From contig JAYWIR010000013.1 in assembly GCA_036172245.1 (NCBI GenBank), positions 2,914,001 through 2,978,000 of the forward strand: a stretch of DNA of 64,000 nucleotides, in the 5' to 3' direction. Shown here one piece after another: positions 12,823 to 25,550 of the stretch (its first letter is position 1; each line of letters starts with the position of its first letter). Position numbers and translations under genes: made by a program. This stretch comes from Raillietiella orientalis (taxonomy: Eukaryota). The notes beneath the pieces were generated by a model. The model was given only the letters and a program-made list of their open reading frames with translations, made no database searches and was not told where the DNA came from.

Positions 12823-15268
12823 ATGCAGGTCGTGGCGAAACGTGCTTTCACGGCTCAATATCGGCACTCGAGAATCACATATGCAAGCAGAAGATTAAAG
12901 AGGTAATCTCTGATATGCCCTAAGCAATAATTTTGAACCGTCCATGCGTGCGTGCGTGCGATCGGGAAAATTGTATGAGAGCGAACGAAATCGTACCGTA
13001 CGTGTGTGCATTTGGACGTGCTTTTCAGTGCCGCATATGAAGATTATCAGTTTATTCAGCAAAGTGCCGTTCCTACGTATTACTTTCAAAAACATCTGCC
13101 CCGACTGCCAATTCCTAGTCTTGAGAAATCTTGTGAAAGGTACTTGAGTGCACAGAAGCCCATTTTAAGTGATCAGGCCTATGAGAACACTGTAAAGAAC
13201 GTGCAGGCATTTGAAAAAGGAATCGGAAGAGGTGTGCTCAATTTTTTTCTAACGTATGCCTGCTAAACATTTTGCCTTTCAGAATTGCACAAAGAATTAG
13301 TACTTGAGGACAAGCAGAATCAGCATACTAGTTACGTAAGGAAACTATGGCTTGAATTATACTTAAGATCACGGGACAGCGTCGTGCTGAACTTCAATCC
13401 GTTTCTCATGCTGAATTCAGAAACAGCACCACAAAGTCAGATTATGCGTGCAACTAACCTTCTGATATCATCTTTGAGGTTGAGTTGCAGATTTGGGCAG
13501 GATGGGGGGGGAAGATTTGATTGGAATGTTTCATCAAATTTAGATTCATGAAATCCTTAAGAAAAGAAAATCTGGAACCTGCAATATATCATGTGAACCC
13601 CAATATAAGTGACACGAAGTTGTTCAAACGGTTTCTATCTATGTTTCCACCTTCTCTTGCTTCATACTGTGCTTATTTATTTAAGGTAGAATCTACAGTT
13701 AAATCCAAAGCTATTCCATCAAAGCTTTTCTAAGGCATATCCCTTGGACATGAGCCAGTTTGAAGGACTCTTTAATTCTACACGCATTCCTTATGAAGTC
13801 CAAGATCAGTTACACCAAAATAAAGATGCACGGCATCTTGTTGTGCTCAGAAGGGGTCAATTCTATGTCTTTGATGTCCTGGATGCCAATGGTGGCGAAT
13901 AAGTTGTTATTGATGTTGAGAACACACTGTTATGTGTAGGTAATATTCGACCACCTCAGGAACTTTACTGCTGCCTTCATTACATTGGCCAACTTGAAGA
14001 TTCACATGCAGCACATCCAATTGCCGTTCTTACATCAGAGTTACGGGATAAATGGACAGCTGCCCGTCAGCTGCTGCTTTCGTTAGGAAATGAAGAAACT
14101 TTGCGTACTTTAGACGATGCCATATTTTGTCTTTGCCTTGATGATGAACAGGACCAACAGTTATCAGAAAAATGCCGAAGTTTTTTGCACGGAAATGGTT
14201 CTAATCGGTGGTTTGATAAATCCTTCAATTTAATAGTTGATGCAAATGGAGATGCTGCTGTTAATTTTGAGCATTCCTGGGGTGATGGAGCTGCATTGCT
14301 GCGTTTTTTGCATGATATTTATTTTGATAAAATTCCTCCTAGTTTCGTTGGTAACTTGGAACATGTATCAAACATTGGAATAAACCCAGCACAAGAAGTC
14401 AAACATCTACGTAAGCACAGCATCATGGATTCAAGCTAATCATGTGTATTCAGATTTTCACACAAACGAAGCAGTGCAAAATCTTATAGAGGATGCTAAG
14501 CAGCGTTTTTTGCAGCATGTTTCTGACTTTGAATTGAGGATATTTTTGTATCCTCAGATGAACAAAAGTTTTTTCAATAATATGAAAGTTAAAGGGGATC
14601 CCATCATGCAGTGCGCATTTCAGGTGATGTTCACTCAGCAGTTTTCAGAATGAAGTTTTAGTGTGCTTACTACAAAATGAAAAGAAAAACAGTGCCTACT
14701 TATGAATCAGCTAGCACAATAGCTTTCAAACACGGGAGGACAGAAACAGTGCGCTCTGCCACAACAGAGACCAAATGCTTTGCAGCTGCAATATGCAGTG
14801 ACAACCCGCCACCCTCAAGTGACTTGCGCCATATGTTGGATAAGGCTTGTTCCCGACACAATCAGCTGACCAAAGAAGCTGTTCTTGGTCAAGGATTTGA
14901 TCGGCATTTATCTGCACTGAAACATTTGGCTGAGTCAAAGGGGATTCCTGTTCCTGAACTATTCTTGGATGATGCTTATGAGAATCTCTATCACTTCATT
15001 CTTTCCACATCCACATTAACTAGCACAGCTGTTTGTGCTGGAGGTTTTGGCCCGGTTGTACCAGACGGCTTTGGCATTGGGTATGTTGAAAGTTAAAATT
15101 AAACAAAACACATCATGTATATATTTCACGAGCAGGTATGGTGCTCTGGATGATCATCTAGGTGCCATCATTACATCCTATGCATCAAAGCAGAGTGGTG
15201 CAGACTTTGTTGAATGTTTGAAATGGTCTTATGACCAGATTTATAATGTTCTCGTGTCTACAAAATAA
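12823..15268 (+). CDS. CPT2: carnitine O-palmitoyltransferase 2, mitochondrial
   Basis: Exons: 12823-12902, 13029-13231, 13283-13478, 13544-13685, 13735-13891, 13940-14410, 14454-14623, 14662-15080, 15136-15268. Arg-rich, acid-free presequence [27 protein letters not shown]. Motifs [28 protein letters not shown], catalytic [52 protein letters not shown]. Confidence 0.96.
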
Positions 15269-15281
15269 ATATACTTTATTT
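15263..15281. terminator. back-to-back polyadenylation signals overlapping both stop codons
   Basis: AATAAA on + at 15264-15269 contains the CPT2 TAA. AATAAA on - at 15280-15275 contains the TBC1D22 TAA. Confidence 0.6.
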
Positions 15282-17034
15282 AGTAATCTTTGTGTCCCTT
15301 GCTGGGCTAGATAGGTGACGAGGAGCATCAGCAAACATGTACTTTAGACGAAAACCTTCAGCTACTAACATGCTTACCTCCTGACTGCCCCAACTCTGAG
15401 TAGGTAAGTTTTGTAAAGTAAGCATGAGGCCCTGAATAAGCAGTGAAGAAGGTTTGATAGACTGTTTTTTTTTAAAGTATACCTGGAAATCTGTTTGACG
15501 CATCAGTAAAGCATTATGATGATTGAGAAAGGCAGCACACACATACAAGTGCAGTGTAGCAAAGCCATCTCCTTCAGCTAAGTAGGAGTCCCAAAGGCGG
15601 ATCACACAGTTCAGAGGCAGTTCCCTCATTAATAAGTTATTCATCCAACGAAAGGAAAACTGAAGATAATCTACTCCATGTTGAATCAGATGAGCATGCA
15701 AAGGACCTGAAGTGTAGCAAGATGCAAATCTAATATGAAATTGTTATTCCTAACCGTTAATGCGATGTACTAAGTCTTTTAACTGATGGATTTTTTTCTG
15801 AATGCCTGGTTGGGCAAATGTATAGTTATCTTGGATGGTATCCAACAGCTTAGAGGTACACCAAAAGCAGTCAGCCTCAATAATGTGCTGTTTATCCTCA
15901 GTTAAACTGCTAACATCAAAATTAGACACTTCACTGCCTAATAGTTACTTACAAATTAGCACACAAAAAAATCTCTTTACCTTCTGGAATAAGTTCCAAC
16001 AAGAACACTACAAAAAACGGAGTCACCAAGTCATTGATGCCCTGCACGTAACCAGATGCTGGATGGCGCAGAGCCCAAATATAAAGAATCCGCTCAAACA
16101 TACACTGCACTACCGACTGCTCAAAAAGTGGAATTAAGGGACTCATTCGAGGTATATCAGTAAGGATCTATAAACCACTTATTAATATGCAACGTAAGTT
16201 ATGTTGTATCTCACCTGTCGATACATGGCTGCATTTACCTTTTCCAGTCTTGTCTCGTAATATTGATTCACATAACTCCAGTATTCATCTCGTTTCCTCT
16301 CTAAGGTTTGATGGCGACGTTCTGTATTGGCAGGCAGATATCCCTGAAAAGTTGTGGTAGCAACCATCATTTGAATGATACATACAGATAGCAATCGCCA
16401 GATTATTGGCCTCATCTTATAGGGAATACCCAAAGCACTACATGAACGCAATTTGTCTAAATCAACATAGGATGATGCCAAAAGAACACGGAATTTCTCC
16501 ACTCTGTTAGTTTCCTTGGCACCATCATCATTCATCCAATCCTCAGTTAATGAGCATCCACTAATTCGCTGCTTCTGGAATAGGGGCTGGGGATGACCCG
16601 GATAAAGCCTGAAGCTTCAGCAGCTGCTTGCATTCCTCAAAACAGCTGAGTGCCAAACCTGATATCAAGATTTCGGGAAACAATGGGTTTTTGTGCTGGA
16701 AACTGAAAATCTTGTTGCACAGACTGCTGCTGAGAGTCATCAAGTACAGTTCTTTCAGCATTACAAGTTGGTTGGCTGATCTTTTCATTTAGGCATAGAG
16801 CTATAAAACAATATAGTTATTCAAACACTTTAATTTTACTTTCCAGGCAGGACACTTCTTCCTCGTTGAGATCCCAGGCATCTTTCACAGATGCCTGGTA
16901 ATCCTGAAAAGAATGCTTCTTGAATCTATTCTTCCTAGGGCTAAATAAAACATTTGTTACAATTCACAAATAAGTTACAAGTCTTGCCTTCCAGAAAGAG
17001 GAGCAGATTTTGAAAGCTGCACACTACCAAACAT
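15276..17034 (-). CDS. TBC1D22: TBC1 domain family member 22 (Rab GTPase-activating protein)
   Basis: Minus-strand exons: 17034-16988, 16940-16840, 16800-16659, 16608-16386, 16343-16215, 16167-15981, 15937-15755, 15706-15483, 15431-15276. Motifs FQDYQASVKDAWD, Arg finger ILTDIPRM, Gln finger HPASGYVQGINDL, IQDNYTFAQPGIQ, YLQFSFRWMNNLLMRE, RLWDSY, LKYMFADAP. The first intron is GC-AG, so the start exon is less certain than the rest. Confidence 0.94.
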
Positions 17035-19271
17035 GGCCTTGACACTAAAAAGCATACATAAAAGTGCAACAGGACATCTCCGGGTAATTTTTCAATTACT
17101 ATTCAAAAGAATTTAGCAAGAAAAACATGTTTGCATCATTCATCTCATAGTTTTTGGCTCTTTTAAGCAACACGCAACTTATCAAGCAACGGCACTTGAA
17201 AATGGAATCTTTTAAGCTGAGAATTTCAGAGAAAATGAAAATCTGAAAATCAACTGTGGGACATACATGGACAGGATAGATTAAGCGCAAAACGTATAAA
17301 AAGGAAAAATTATTTCCAATGCTTCGTAGTACTGTTTACTATTTTTATACATACATAAGACATTGCCTCAGTCACTAGTGGTCATTTAAAATTCATTAAT
17401 CACAATGAAAATGGATAAACTTTCACCTTCCAGGATGTTTGGTTTCATTTTTCTTCCAAAACTCTTTTTCTTCAATATAATCATTTTTTTTCATTATCAA
17501 AAGTTTTCATAACTTGTACACCGTGACACTGCTATCCAACATTAATGTTACAAATAGAACACCATTATTCATCTGAATTTTCTTTACGTGCTACTTCAAA
17601 AAAAAAAAAAAAAAAAAAAAAAATGGGGTTCTCACTTCCTTCGCTCATGCAGCAACATTTCCAAGGAAACCCACAGCACTGGAATGGAAGGATTCATGAC
17701 CCAGACTCATGTGCGTGCACCAATTTGTACCGATTCTTAACAAACTATTCGTACAGTCCCATTTCCCCCCTGATCGGATCCACTTTGCACACGACTTGAA
17801 AACTGCTTCACTGAACATCCCGACCCCCACATTCGATTACGGTAACGGCGGCGAACAAAAGGTCACCCCATTCGCAACACCCCCAATCACGAAATTCGGA
17901 AGTCTTTCACTGACTTCCTGGATTGACCCGGGGATTTGAGAGGCCGTTTCAGCCTACACGGCGGGCAGGAGCAAAATTCTGGCCGTCCACGGCGACCACC
18001 GTTTGTACGGTACGTGCGTTCCAGTTGGGGAACAGTTTCCAAAGCTGCTGCAAAACGCAAGCAGACGACGGGTTTTGCCCTTTTTTACGAGAGGGGCAAT
18101 CACCTGTCCTCCTTGCATCCATCTGTTTTATTCCTTCCGGCTGTTCCTTTTTCCTTTCCTTTTCCCCTTTTCTTCTGGCTTCCCGCGGATCGCGGCCCGC
18201 CCCTGCGGACGCCGGGCGGTCCCGCACCCCAAACCAGAAGGGATTTTCCCATTTCGAGTACCGGTTCCCCACATTTCCTGTACATCGGGGTTGTTCCCCC
18301 CTTTTTTCCTCTTCTTTTCTCGGCCACGTACAATCTGCTTTCCCTCCTGGAGCAGGACTTCTTTTTTTTTCCAAAAAAAAAATGGATTGTCACTACCTCC
18401 AGGTGCTCAGTTATAAGAACGTTAAAAAGGAGTACACTTTAAAAATAGTGCTGAAAAATAGTGCAATCGGATGATTTATCGGATATGTTTGCTATTTTCT
18501 TGTTTGCAATCACAGATTAACAGTCCAGTCTTATTACTCTTAATATCAAAAACAATCAGGCGTGATGAAAACTGTGACTTCTGTTCAGAGCATGTGATGC
18601 TCCCTTTCAGTGCTAATTGACATTCATATTGAAGTCATTTTGCTACGACTATTTTTCACTCTTTTTTCTTCTTTTTTTCCCCCTGTCGCTATCGCTGTCT
18701 ACAAATGTAGCGTGAGATCCCATGGAATAATTAAATTTATTCATATGCTGTTATAATGACCTCTGTTAGCGCTATTCTATGGGAAGGACCTTTCTTTACT
18801 ATGCTTGTACTAGTAGTTTTTTTTCCTTTACGTTCTCCAGTTTTTGGAAGCTATTCTAACCGAAGAAAAGATGTGCCAATTAAGAATTCAAAGTTTCGGT
18901 TAGAAAAATCTTTTCCATCCACCCACCCACCGACATTTCTCCGTGAATGAAGTGAACAAAAGTTGTCACTGGCTTTTTATGTCCTTGTCACTAGACAGAT
19001 GTCATGTCAACACTTATCGCTCCTTCCTTAAGTTATTACTACAAATAAAAAGGATTCTAATGATTACTGATACGCAAACCATCAATGTTTAAGGAGACTT
19101 TAACGATGTGATAGGGTAAAAGAGAATTGTTTGTTACGGTTTTCTCTTTGTTTTTGTTTTTTGGTTATTTTTCTGCCGGGAGGGAGGCGGTCATCCCTTA
19201 CTCCCTTTATTCCTGAGTTCCTCCCTCGGGGCGAAGGAGATGGGCAGAGTCCGGGTTCGGACCGTGGGGGG

Positions 19272-19696
19272 TTACGAGTCGCCGGCGAGCTCCAGCAGCG
19301 GCTCGACCTTCCTCAGACACTCCACCTGCCGGCGGAGCGCAGCCTCCTCCCTGGTCAGGGCCTCGGCCCACGCTTGCTCCTCGTCCCGAGCTCTCTCGCA
19401 AGCCACCAGGTCGCCTTCCTCTTCTCCCGTCCTCGACAGCAGCTCCGTGACCCTCGCGTCCGTCCTGCAAATCTGCGCCTCCTCCTCGTGGACCTGAGGA
19501 GAAATGGGTGGGATCGCGGACCCCTCCCCCTCCTGCAGGAGAGCGGGGCAGAAGGGGGGCTCACCCGATCCTCTAGCAGCCCGACATCCTCCTGCAGAAG
19601 CAGGCGGGCCGACTTTCAAGATGCCAGGGACCTCCGCGGCGTTCCGGTGCAGCTCGGACTCCACGGCGAGCAGCATCCCACGCTCTCCTGGAGCAC
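19272..19696 (-). pseudogene. orphan 3' gene fragment (two exons, coiled-coil-like peptide)
   Basis: GC-rich island in AT-rich flanks. Acceptor CTCTTGTAG, exon 19696-19614, 120-nt GT-AG intron with TTTCTCCTCAG acceptor, terminal exon 19493-19272 (VHEEEAQICRTDARVTELL...EEAALRRQVECLRKVEPLLELAGDS*) with strong GC3 bias. AATAAA on - at 19211-19206. No start exon found. Confidence 0.55.
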
Positions 19697-21980
19697 CTAC
19701 AAGAGGAGACCGGGAGGGCGATCCCCCACCTCCACCCCGGGGCAGGAACTTTTGCTAGTGATTCCTGTAAAATCAGTTTCCAATCTTGAAAGTCCTTACT
19801 CATTTATTAAATATATGAATATATTGCATTCTGTAACTTATGATATCAAGGGGTATCAAGGCCGACTGATATCCTTACAGAGTGGTTCAGCTATTTTAAA
19901 GCGTATTTGTGAATTGCTTCTGTAGACTCCGCTGGTGCTCCAGACGTCCAAGCAATTTTCGTGGATGGCTTTCAGGCACCTTCAATTTAAATGAGAGAAA
20001 AATCGAGGCCCTGTTCGGAGTCATTCGTGAAGAACTCACAACGAGTCCGATCTGATCTTTAACACAAAAGATTGCTCCGCGATTATAATAAGCTGTGCTC
20101 TTGGATACCAATAGAGTGCTTCTCCATTTTCTAATCGCAAAATTCTCTGTTACACGCTAGCTGATCTCATCACCATATAAGCAGTAACCAATAGCAATGG
20201 TAACGATGGTGCCATGGGTATCCATGTTTTTATATCTCGCATGCAGGAGTTTAAAGAGGCTGCGATTTTATCTTTGATGTAAAAAAAAAAAAACCGATAA
20301 GTAAGAAGGCAACACAGATAAGGGGATGATGAGCTATCCGAAATCAACGGATCCACCCTATAGAGATGTTCACTGTTTTCATAATTTTCAAATGAAAGTT
20401 ACAATCCATCCTCATGGTGATTTCATGGTAGTTTCATATACTGCATACCCACAAAGACACAGAACAGTTGATTCACTTGGAATTTCGCGTGTAATGCCTG
20501 TAAATGTAATGTTCTGTCACTGTCTGCATTTTTAAGATATCTCGCTGTTGAGTACCGTGTATAGAAAGTATTCGATACGGTCGAGGACAGCTCGCATTCC
20601 ATGAAATGTGCACCATTGCCTTCTTCAACATTCATGATGTAACCCAAAGGCATGCTGGGTTTCCTAAGGCTGGTCGTGATGTTTTGTAAGGTTTTCCTAC
20701 CGGCTTATAAGCTGTTTTCCTCCTCCTCCCTACCACGAAACGAGATCAGAGTGTGACGTCATCGTTGTACTCCGACTCGACTTTCGTGCGAAGCTTTAGA
20801 TTATCCCTGGCTCGGAATCGATCGTTTTACATATCGATTCCTGTACGAAGGTTGATGAGAATTTTTCCTTCCCTCCTTCCTTTCTTTGAATGACCAATTG
20901 CCAAGAAGAAGAAGAAGAAAAAAAAAAAACGTGTTCAATTGTGAAACACTTCTCGCTCAAGTGATGAATGCTGGATTCGGATGCTGTGTGCGACCACAAC
21001 GAATCCACCAGGACACTTCGACTAAATTAGGTGCCTGATCTTTTCCTTGTTTCTTTTCTTCGGGAAGGGACGCTTGAAACCACGAAGGAATGTTCAGAAT
21101 GCGTTCCATCTGATAAGCATTCAAGGGAAGAATTTTATTAGACTCCCTTCTGGATTCGTGGGAAACATCTGGTTCTGCTTTGTGGGAACAGCGTGATATA
21201 CACACGCGCACACACACATACACATCAGCAACCGAAAGAGCAGAAGAGAAGCACGCGTTTCCGTGTCAAATACAAGGAGGGCTTCGAGGCAATTAAGAGA
21301 CTATGAGGAGAAACTGCTCCTCGTCCGGATACAGCGGAACAAGTGCATTTCGTTTCTGCAAAGGTCGGAAACTGTCAGACGATGGATCAGCATCCATGGA
21401 TCCAGGTTTCCGGTTTACGATCCCTTCACTTCCAGGCGAAATTTCCAGGAGGGAAAAGGCGAGGAGACACTGCTGCTCCTATTCTTTTTACCTCCTTACA
21501 GTGGCAGAAAGGAATCGGTTAAGATTTGAGCCAAGGCTTCCGTGTTCGTGGCCACACACGAGGGAAGTTCGGCAGATTGCGTGGACTCCACGCTCTCACA
21601 CCGAAGAACCATCTGTGATCAGCTGTTCGGAGCTCGAGGGTTTGGAGGATCAGCGACCGACCATCTCCTCTAAGCGGCACCTCCACACGGTCCATCTTTC
21701 GGTAGTCATGCAGACATAAATTCGTTCTCTTCGACCCTTTTGTTATGAGACGGTTCGAAATTTTAGGGATGACGCAAAAACAAATTTTCCCATCCCGCTG
21801 ACGACCATTTTACTTCCATCTCTTTTTCTTTTTCCCTGCTGGTTCCTGGAAGAAGACAACGTCATTCACGAGACCGTTTTCCAAAGAAAGAAAACACCTC
21901 TGATATGACAGAAAGGGAATTCGAAAAACCTCGTCCTGGTTGAGGAGAGGGATAGAGGAACCCGGCCTGGAGAAAAAGCA

Positions 21981-22285
21981 TACACGAGGCGCATCTCAAA
22001 AGTAAGGGCGGATCGGATAGAAAGAAAGGAACAACATAAAAGAGAAACAAAAACGTATTGGTGGTTCTGAAGACATACGTCCCCGTGTCATTTTTCCACG
22101 TGGTCGCGATTCTCTTTCCCAGCACTTTGGATACCGTGGAAGGAGCTTTTCGAAACCGTCTGCATGACGTTCCGCCGCCTGGGAGTTCGGCAGCACGGCG
22201 GCCTTCCGCTCCCCACTTTGACCCTCGAAGCTCTTCCTGAGGGGTGCAGGAAGGAAGACGCGGTAGTCACCGGGCGCAGTTTAAA
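21981..22285 (-). mobile_element. mariner (Tc1/mariner) transposon remnant: 3' end of transposase plus terminal repeat
   Basis: Minus strand reads PNSQAAERHADGFEKLLPRYPKCW...DHVEK*, matching the mariner C-terminus (..GI.KL..R..KC....G.YVEK). It ends in an ACGAGGCGCATCTCAAAAGT TIR-like sequence and is similar to the copy at 27.9 kb. Confidence 0.75.
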
Positions 22286-24519
22286 TTCTGGACGACAAAA
22301 AAAAAACACGCTCATGTGGAATAATACTTAGATGACCAAATGAACCTGTGAGGGTCGGAGGCACAAGTTAAAACTCAAAGTAGTATACGGCAAGGTATTT
22401 CCAGAAAAGATGAAGGACGGAAACGCTGTCCGGCACGACTACCGCATACCCATAAACCCAATCTTTTGGAGGAAGGGTGGTCACGAGGTGATCCCAAGTC
22501 ACAGCAGCGTTCGCTTGCAGATGTAAAAAGGAAGAAAAACAGATAAGCGAGGTGTTTGCGCCTAAAGCTGAGAACGATCCCAAAACACCGTGCCAGGAAA
22601 GCAGTTGAACTTTTAAAACCGTGTGCATCCCTTCACTGATGGGTCAATTACAGGAGCACTCGCTCCAGAGCGTCGCAATCGAGTGGCACTGGTCTCGCGG
22701 GCATGAGGTTCTCCAGGCGAAAAGAAAGGCAGCGTCCTTTCGCATCCTCGGAAGCGGAGCCATGGATCGGGGGGGGGGGGGTTTGGCATCTTTACAGTTC
22801 CTCGCGTCTAAGAAGAGAGCGGATCCGTTGCGTAACGAATTCCTGCTGCCGCGAGCGATTTGGAGGCAGCGGAGGTCAAACGCGAAAACAGCTTTGCTCA
22901 CTGGGGTCGTGTGGCGCATGCAGATATTCCCTGATCCTATATTATGCGTTGCGAAGCATCACGTGCGTGTTGGCTTCCACCACAGTGTCTGTTTCACGCA
23001 AAAGTGCACGGCTCAGAAGCTCTTCGCGAATGCCAGGCTTACAAGAACGCATACATGCACGTAGATAAGTAACATCATCGTCACATCCAATAGTTTTTTC
23101 ATTTCACTTTACTACTATAGTGTTCGTGTCAGTCATTCAGGAAGTGCTCGAACAATTTCAAGTTTCAAACCGAAACTCGTCTTGGCAATCCTGAAATTTT
23201 TTTTTTTTTTTTTTTGGGGGGGGGGGAGGGATCGTGCTAATTGCTGGGCATTGCACAAGTTCCCTGTGTTTTTATTCTTATTTATTTTGCAAAAGCATTC
23301 AGCGTTGGTTTTTTTTTCTTTCTTTTGCTTATGACTCTGTTTACAAACAATCTCCGTTTAGATGGCTTGCCTGATCGCTTTCTGTTGTTTGGCTCATACT
23401 TTGTCCATCGGAACCTAAACACAGAATCATTATTCTCTCTGGTTGGTGTGTTCGAGTCCAATACGCCGCTCGAACGTGTGTGTGTGTGTTTCCTCTCTTC
23501 TTCCTATTCCTATGGATGCAACCTAAGCAAAGCTTCTTCTTTCAATATGGGGAGAGCTGACGGAGCAGAAGCCGTGGCGCGACGCGGCGTGAGGCCAAGT
23601 CCGAGGTGCCTGGTCCAGAAAGTGCAAGCTCGGAACCGGAAGGACCAGCTGCCCAGCTTCCAGAAGCGTGGGGGAATGGAAAAGTGCTCACTGCATTACG
23701 GGATGACGGCGTGCAGTTGGAACACGAATCCGAACTCACGTGCTTTTTTTTTTTTTGTGTGTGTGTGTGTTCCTTGTCAATCCCGACTTCTTCCCCATTC
23801 CTCTTTCTGTGTGCATTCGTGTTCTCGAAGGTCGTAGTGGCTCAAACGAAAAAGGAGCTGCTCACCCAAAAAGGGAATCTGTGTGCTGGAAGCTCATACC
23901 ATTCACCTGTAGGTCCTTTGTCCCTCATGGGCGTTTTGATCCGGGATTCATCTAACGCCAAAGATCACATGTTTCATTTGTGCTGCATATCAAAGTGGAT
24001 GGTGGTTGGTCTTCTTGGAAACGTTATTCCATTTCAGCTCTCTCTTAATTTGCCATTCTCATCAATTTCTTGACTTCCTATTTGTTTTCATTTCCTCACA
24101 ACTCTCGAATTGCCAGCTTCACTCTTTGAGTGCTGTGGACGCATCAACGCATTTGGCAGCTCGCGACATCATCCATGTTTGAGATGGGCACAAACACTTA
24201 CCTTCTCGTAATCACCATAGCAACGACAGTGGACAAAGTTCTCTTTATGTCGGCTGACTGCTCTCCGATTCTCAGAGACTTGCCTTTCTGAGAAACAGGA
24301 GACAGCACAAAGTCGCTCAGCAATTCGACGGTCCTCATGCCTGCCCCAGTAGGCAAACAAGGGCAGTAGGGAAACGTCGATCCCACTTGGAAGCGCAAGC
24401 AGGCACTGGTGAACACCCACCATCTCAAAATAGTGCCTAGAAGTGAGGAAATTTGGAGAGACGAACTAGTGAAGATCACCTCATTCTTCCTGCACCTCCC
24501 TTGGGACACCAGGAAGTGA

Positions 24520-25550
24520 ATTTTCCGTTAGACCAAGGATGACCGATGCGAGCAGTTCACAATCAGTGGCGACCAGCACAAAAAGAGCTACTGTTCCGCC
24601 GCCTCACCAAGAAGATGATAAGAAGATTTACCCATAAGTATCGACAGCTCCAGATAAATCAGGAATTCAACTGCTGTCGCCTGATCAACAGAGCAAATTT
24701 CCAGCAGGCTATCACGAAGAATCTCTACGAGGACGACGCTCTGTCTGCGGCCGCCAGCCGCTACGGATGCCTCCAGGTGAACCTGCTGGAGGTCGGAACC
24801 ACGGTCTGGACGAGCGATTTACCACCCGACACTCAGGATGAGCTTCCGATGATTCATTACGGAGGCATCCTGAGTGTCACGAGGGCGAAACACTGGTCAG
24901 GGAACGCGCAAGACGGGATGTGCCAGGCCGATGGAGCCAGAGAAACCCAACTCCACGTGCTCACCTGCCCTACGCTGCGCCGGGACTGGTCCAAGCTGAA
25001 GGAGGTGACAGGCCTGCAGAGGATGGACAAGATGGAAATCCTGGCAGGGATGCTTGAAGGGAACGGCAACGTTCCTCGATACAACGCAATGGTCCGCATC
25101 ACCATCGCCCTCTCCATCACGAGCATCGTGATGAGAAGGGCAAGAATGCAGCCAGGATGAAGCAGTGTGCCAGCTGTGGGAATCCTGAAAGGTTTTGTGG
25201 ATAGGGAAATTGTGATCAGAAGCTGTGGATTCATTCCCAGTTGGACGTACTGTTACATCCTGCGAAGGACTCAGGAGCATTATCAAGTGAGTGAATCCCC
25301 CACACAAACTCGGACTGGATGCCCGAAGGCCAACCCCGAAAGTAAGAAAAAGTGAGCACCAGCGACACTGACCAACTCAGGTATGAATGAATGAAAGTAG
25401 GAAATGAATCCAATCCCCCCCCCCCCTGCAAGTCGGAAATGGGGAAAACCTGGGATATCATGATATTGTGGTTGTGTCGCACATGAATTTACCATACCGT
25501 ACCACATCCAGATGAACTGCTGTTCGACAGTTTAATTTTTAAATAAATAA
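24520..25550 (+). mobile_element. 5'-truncated non-LTR retrotransposon (3' end of ORF2 and 3' UTR)
   Basis: The 204-aa ORF 24546-25160 continues in frame past a single TGA to 25355. It contains CQADGARETQLHVLTCP, a degenerate C..C....ET..H...CP zinc knuckle typical of LINE ORF2 C-termini, and ends near AAATAAATAA (~25541). Confidence 0.65.

Noticed and set aside
12351..12851. Overlapping ORFs upstream of CPT2 as a divergent gene
   Set aside because: No recognisable domain or downstream exons; best explained as CpG-rich promoter/5' UTR sequence.
17598..17622. Long A runs (also 38770-38792) as retrocopy poly(A) tails
   Set aside because: Homopolymer runs of all four bases are common throughout the window, and no upstream element or target-site duplication is evident.
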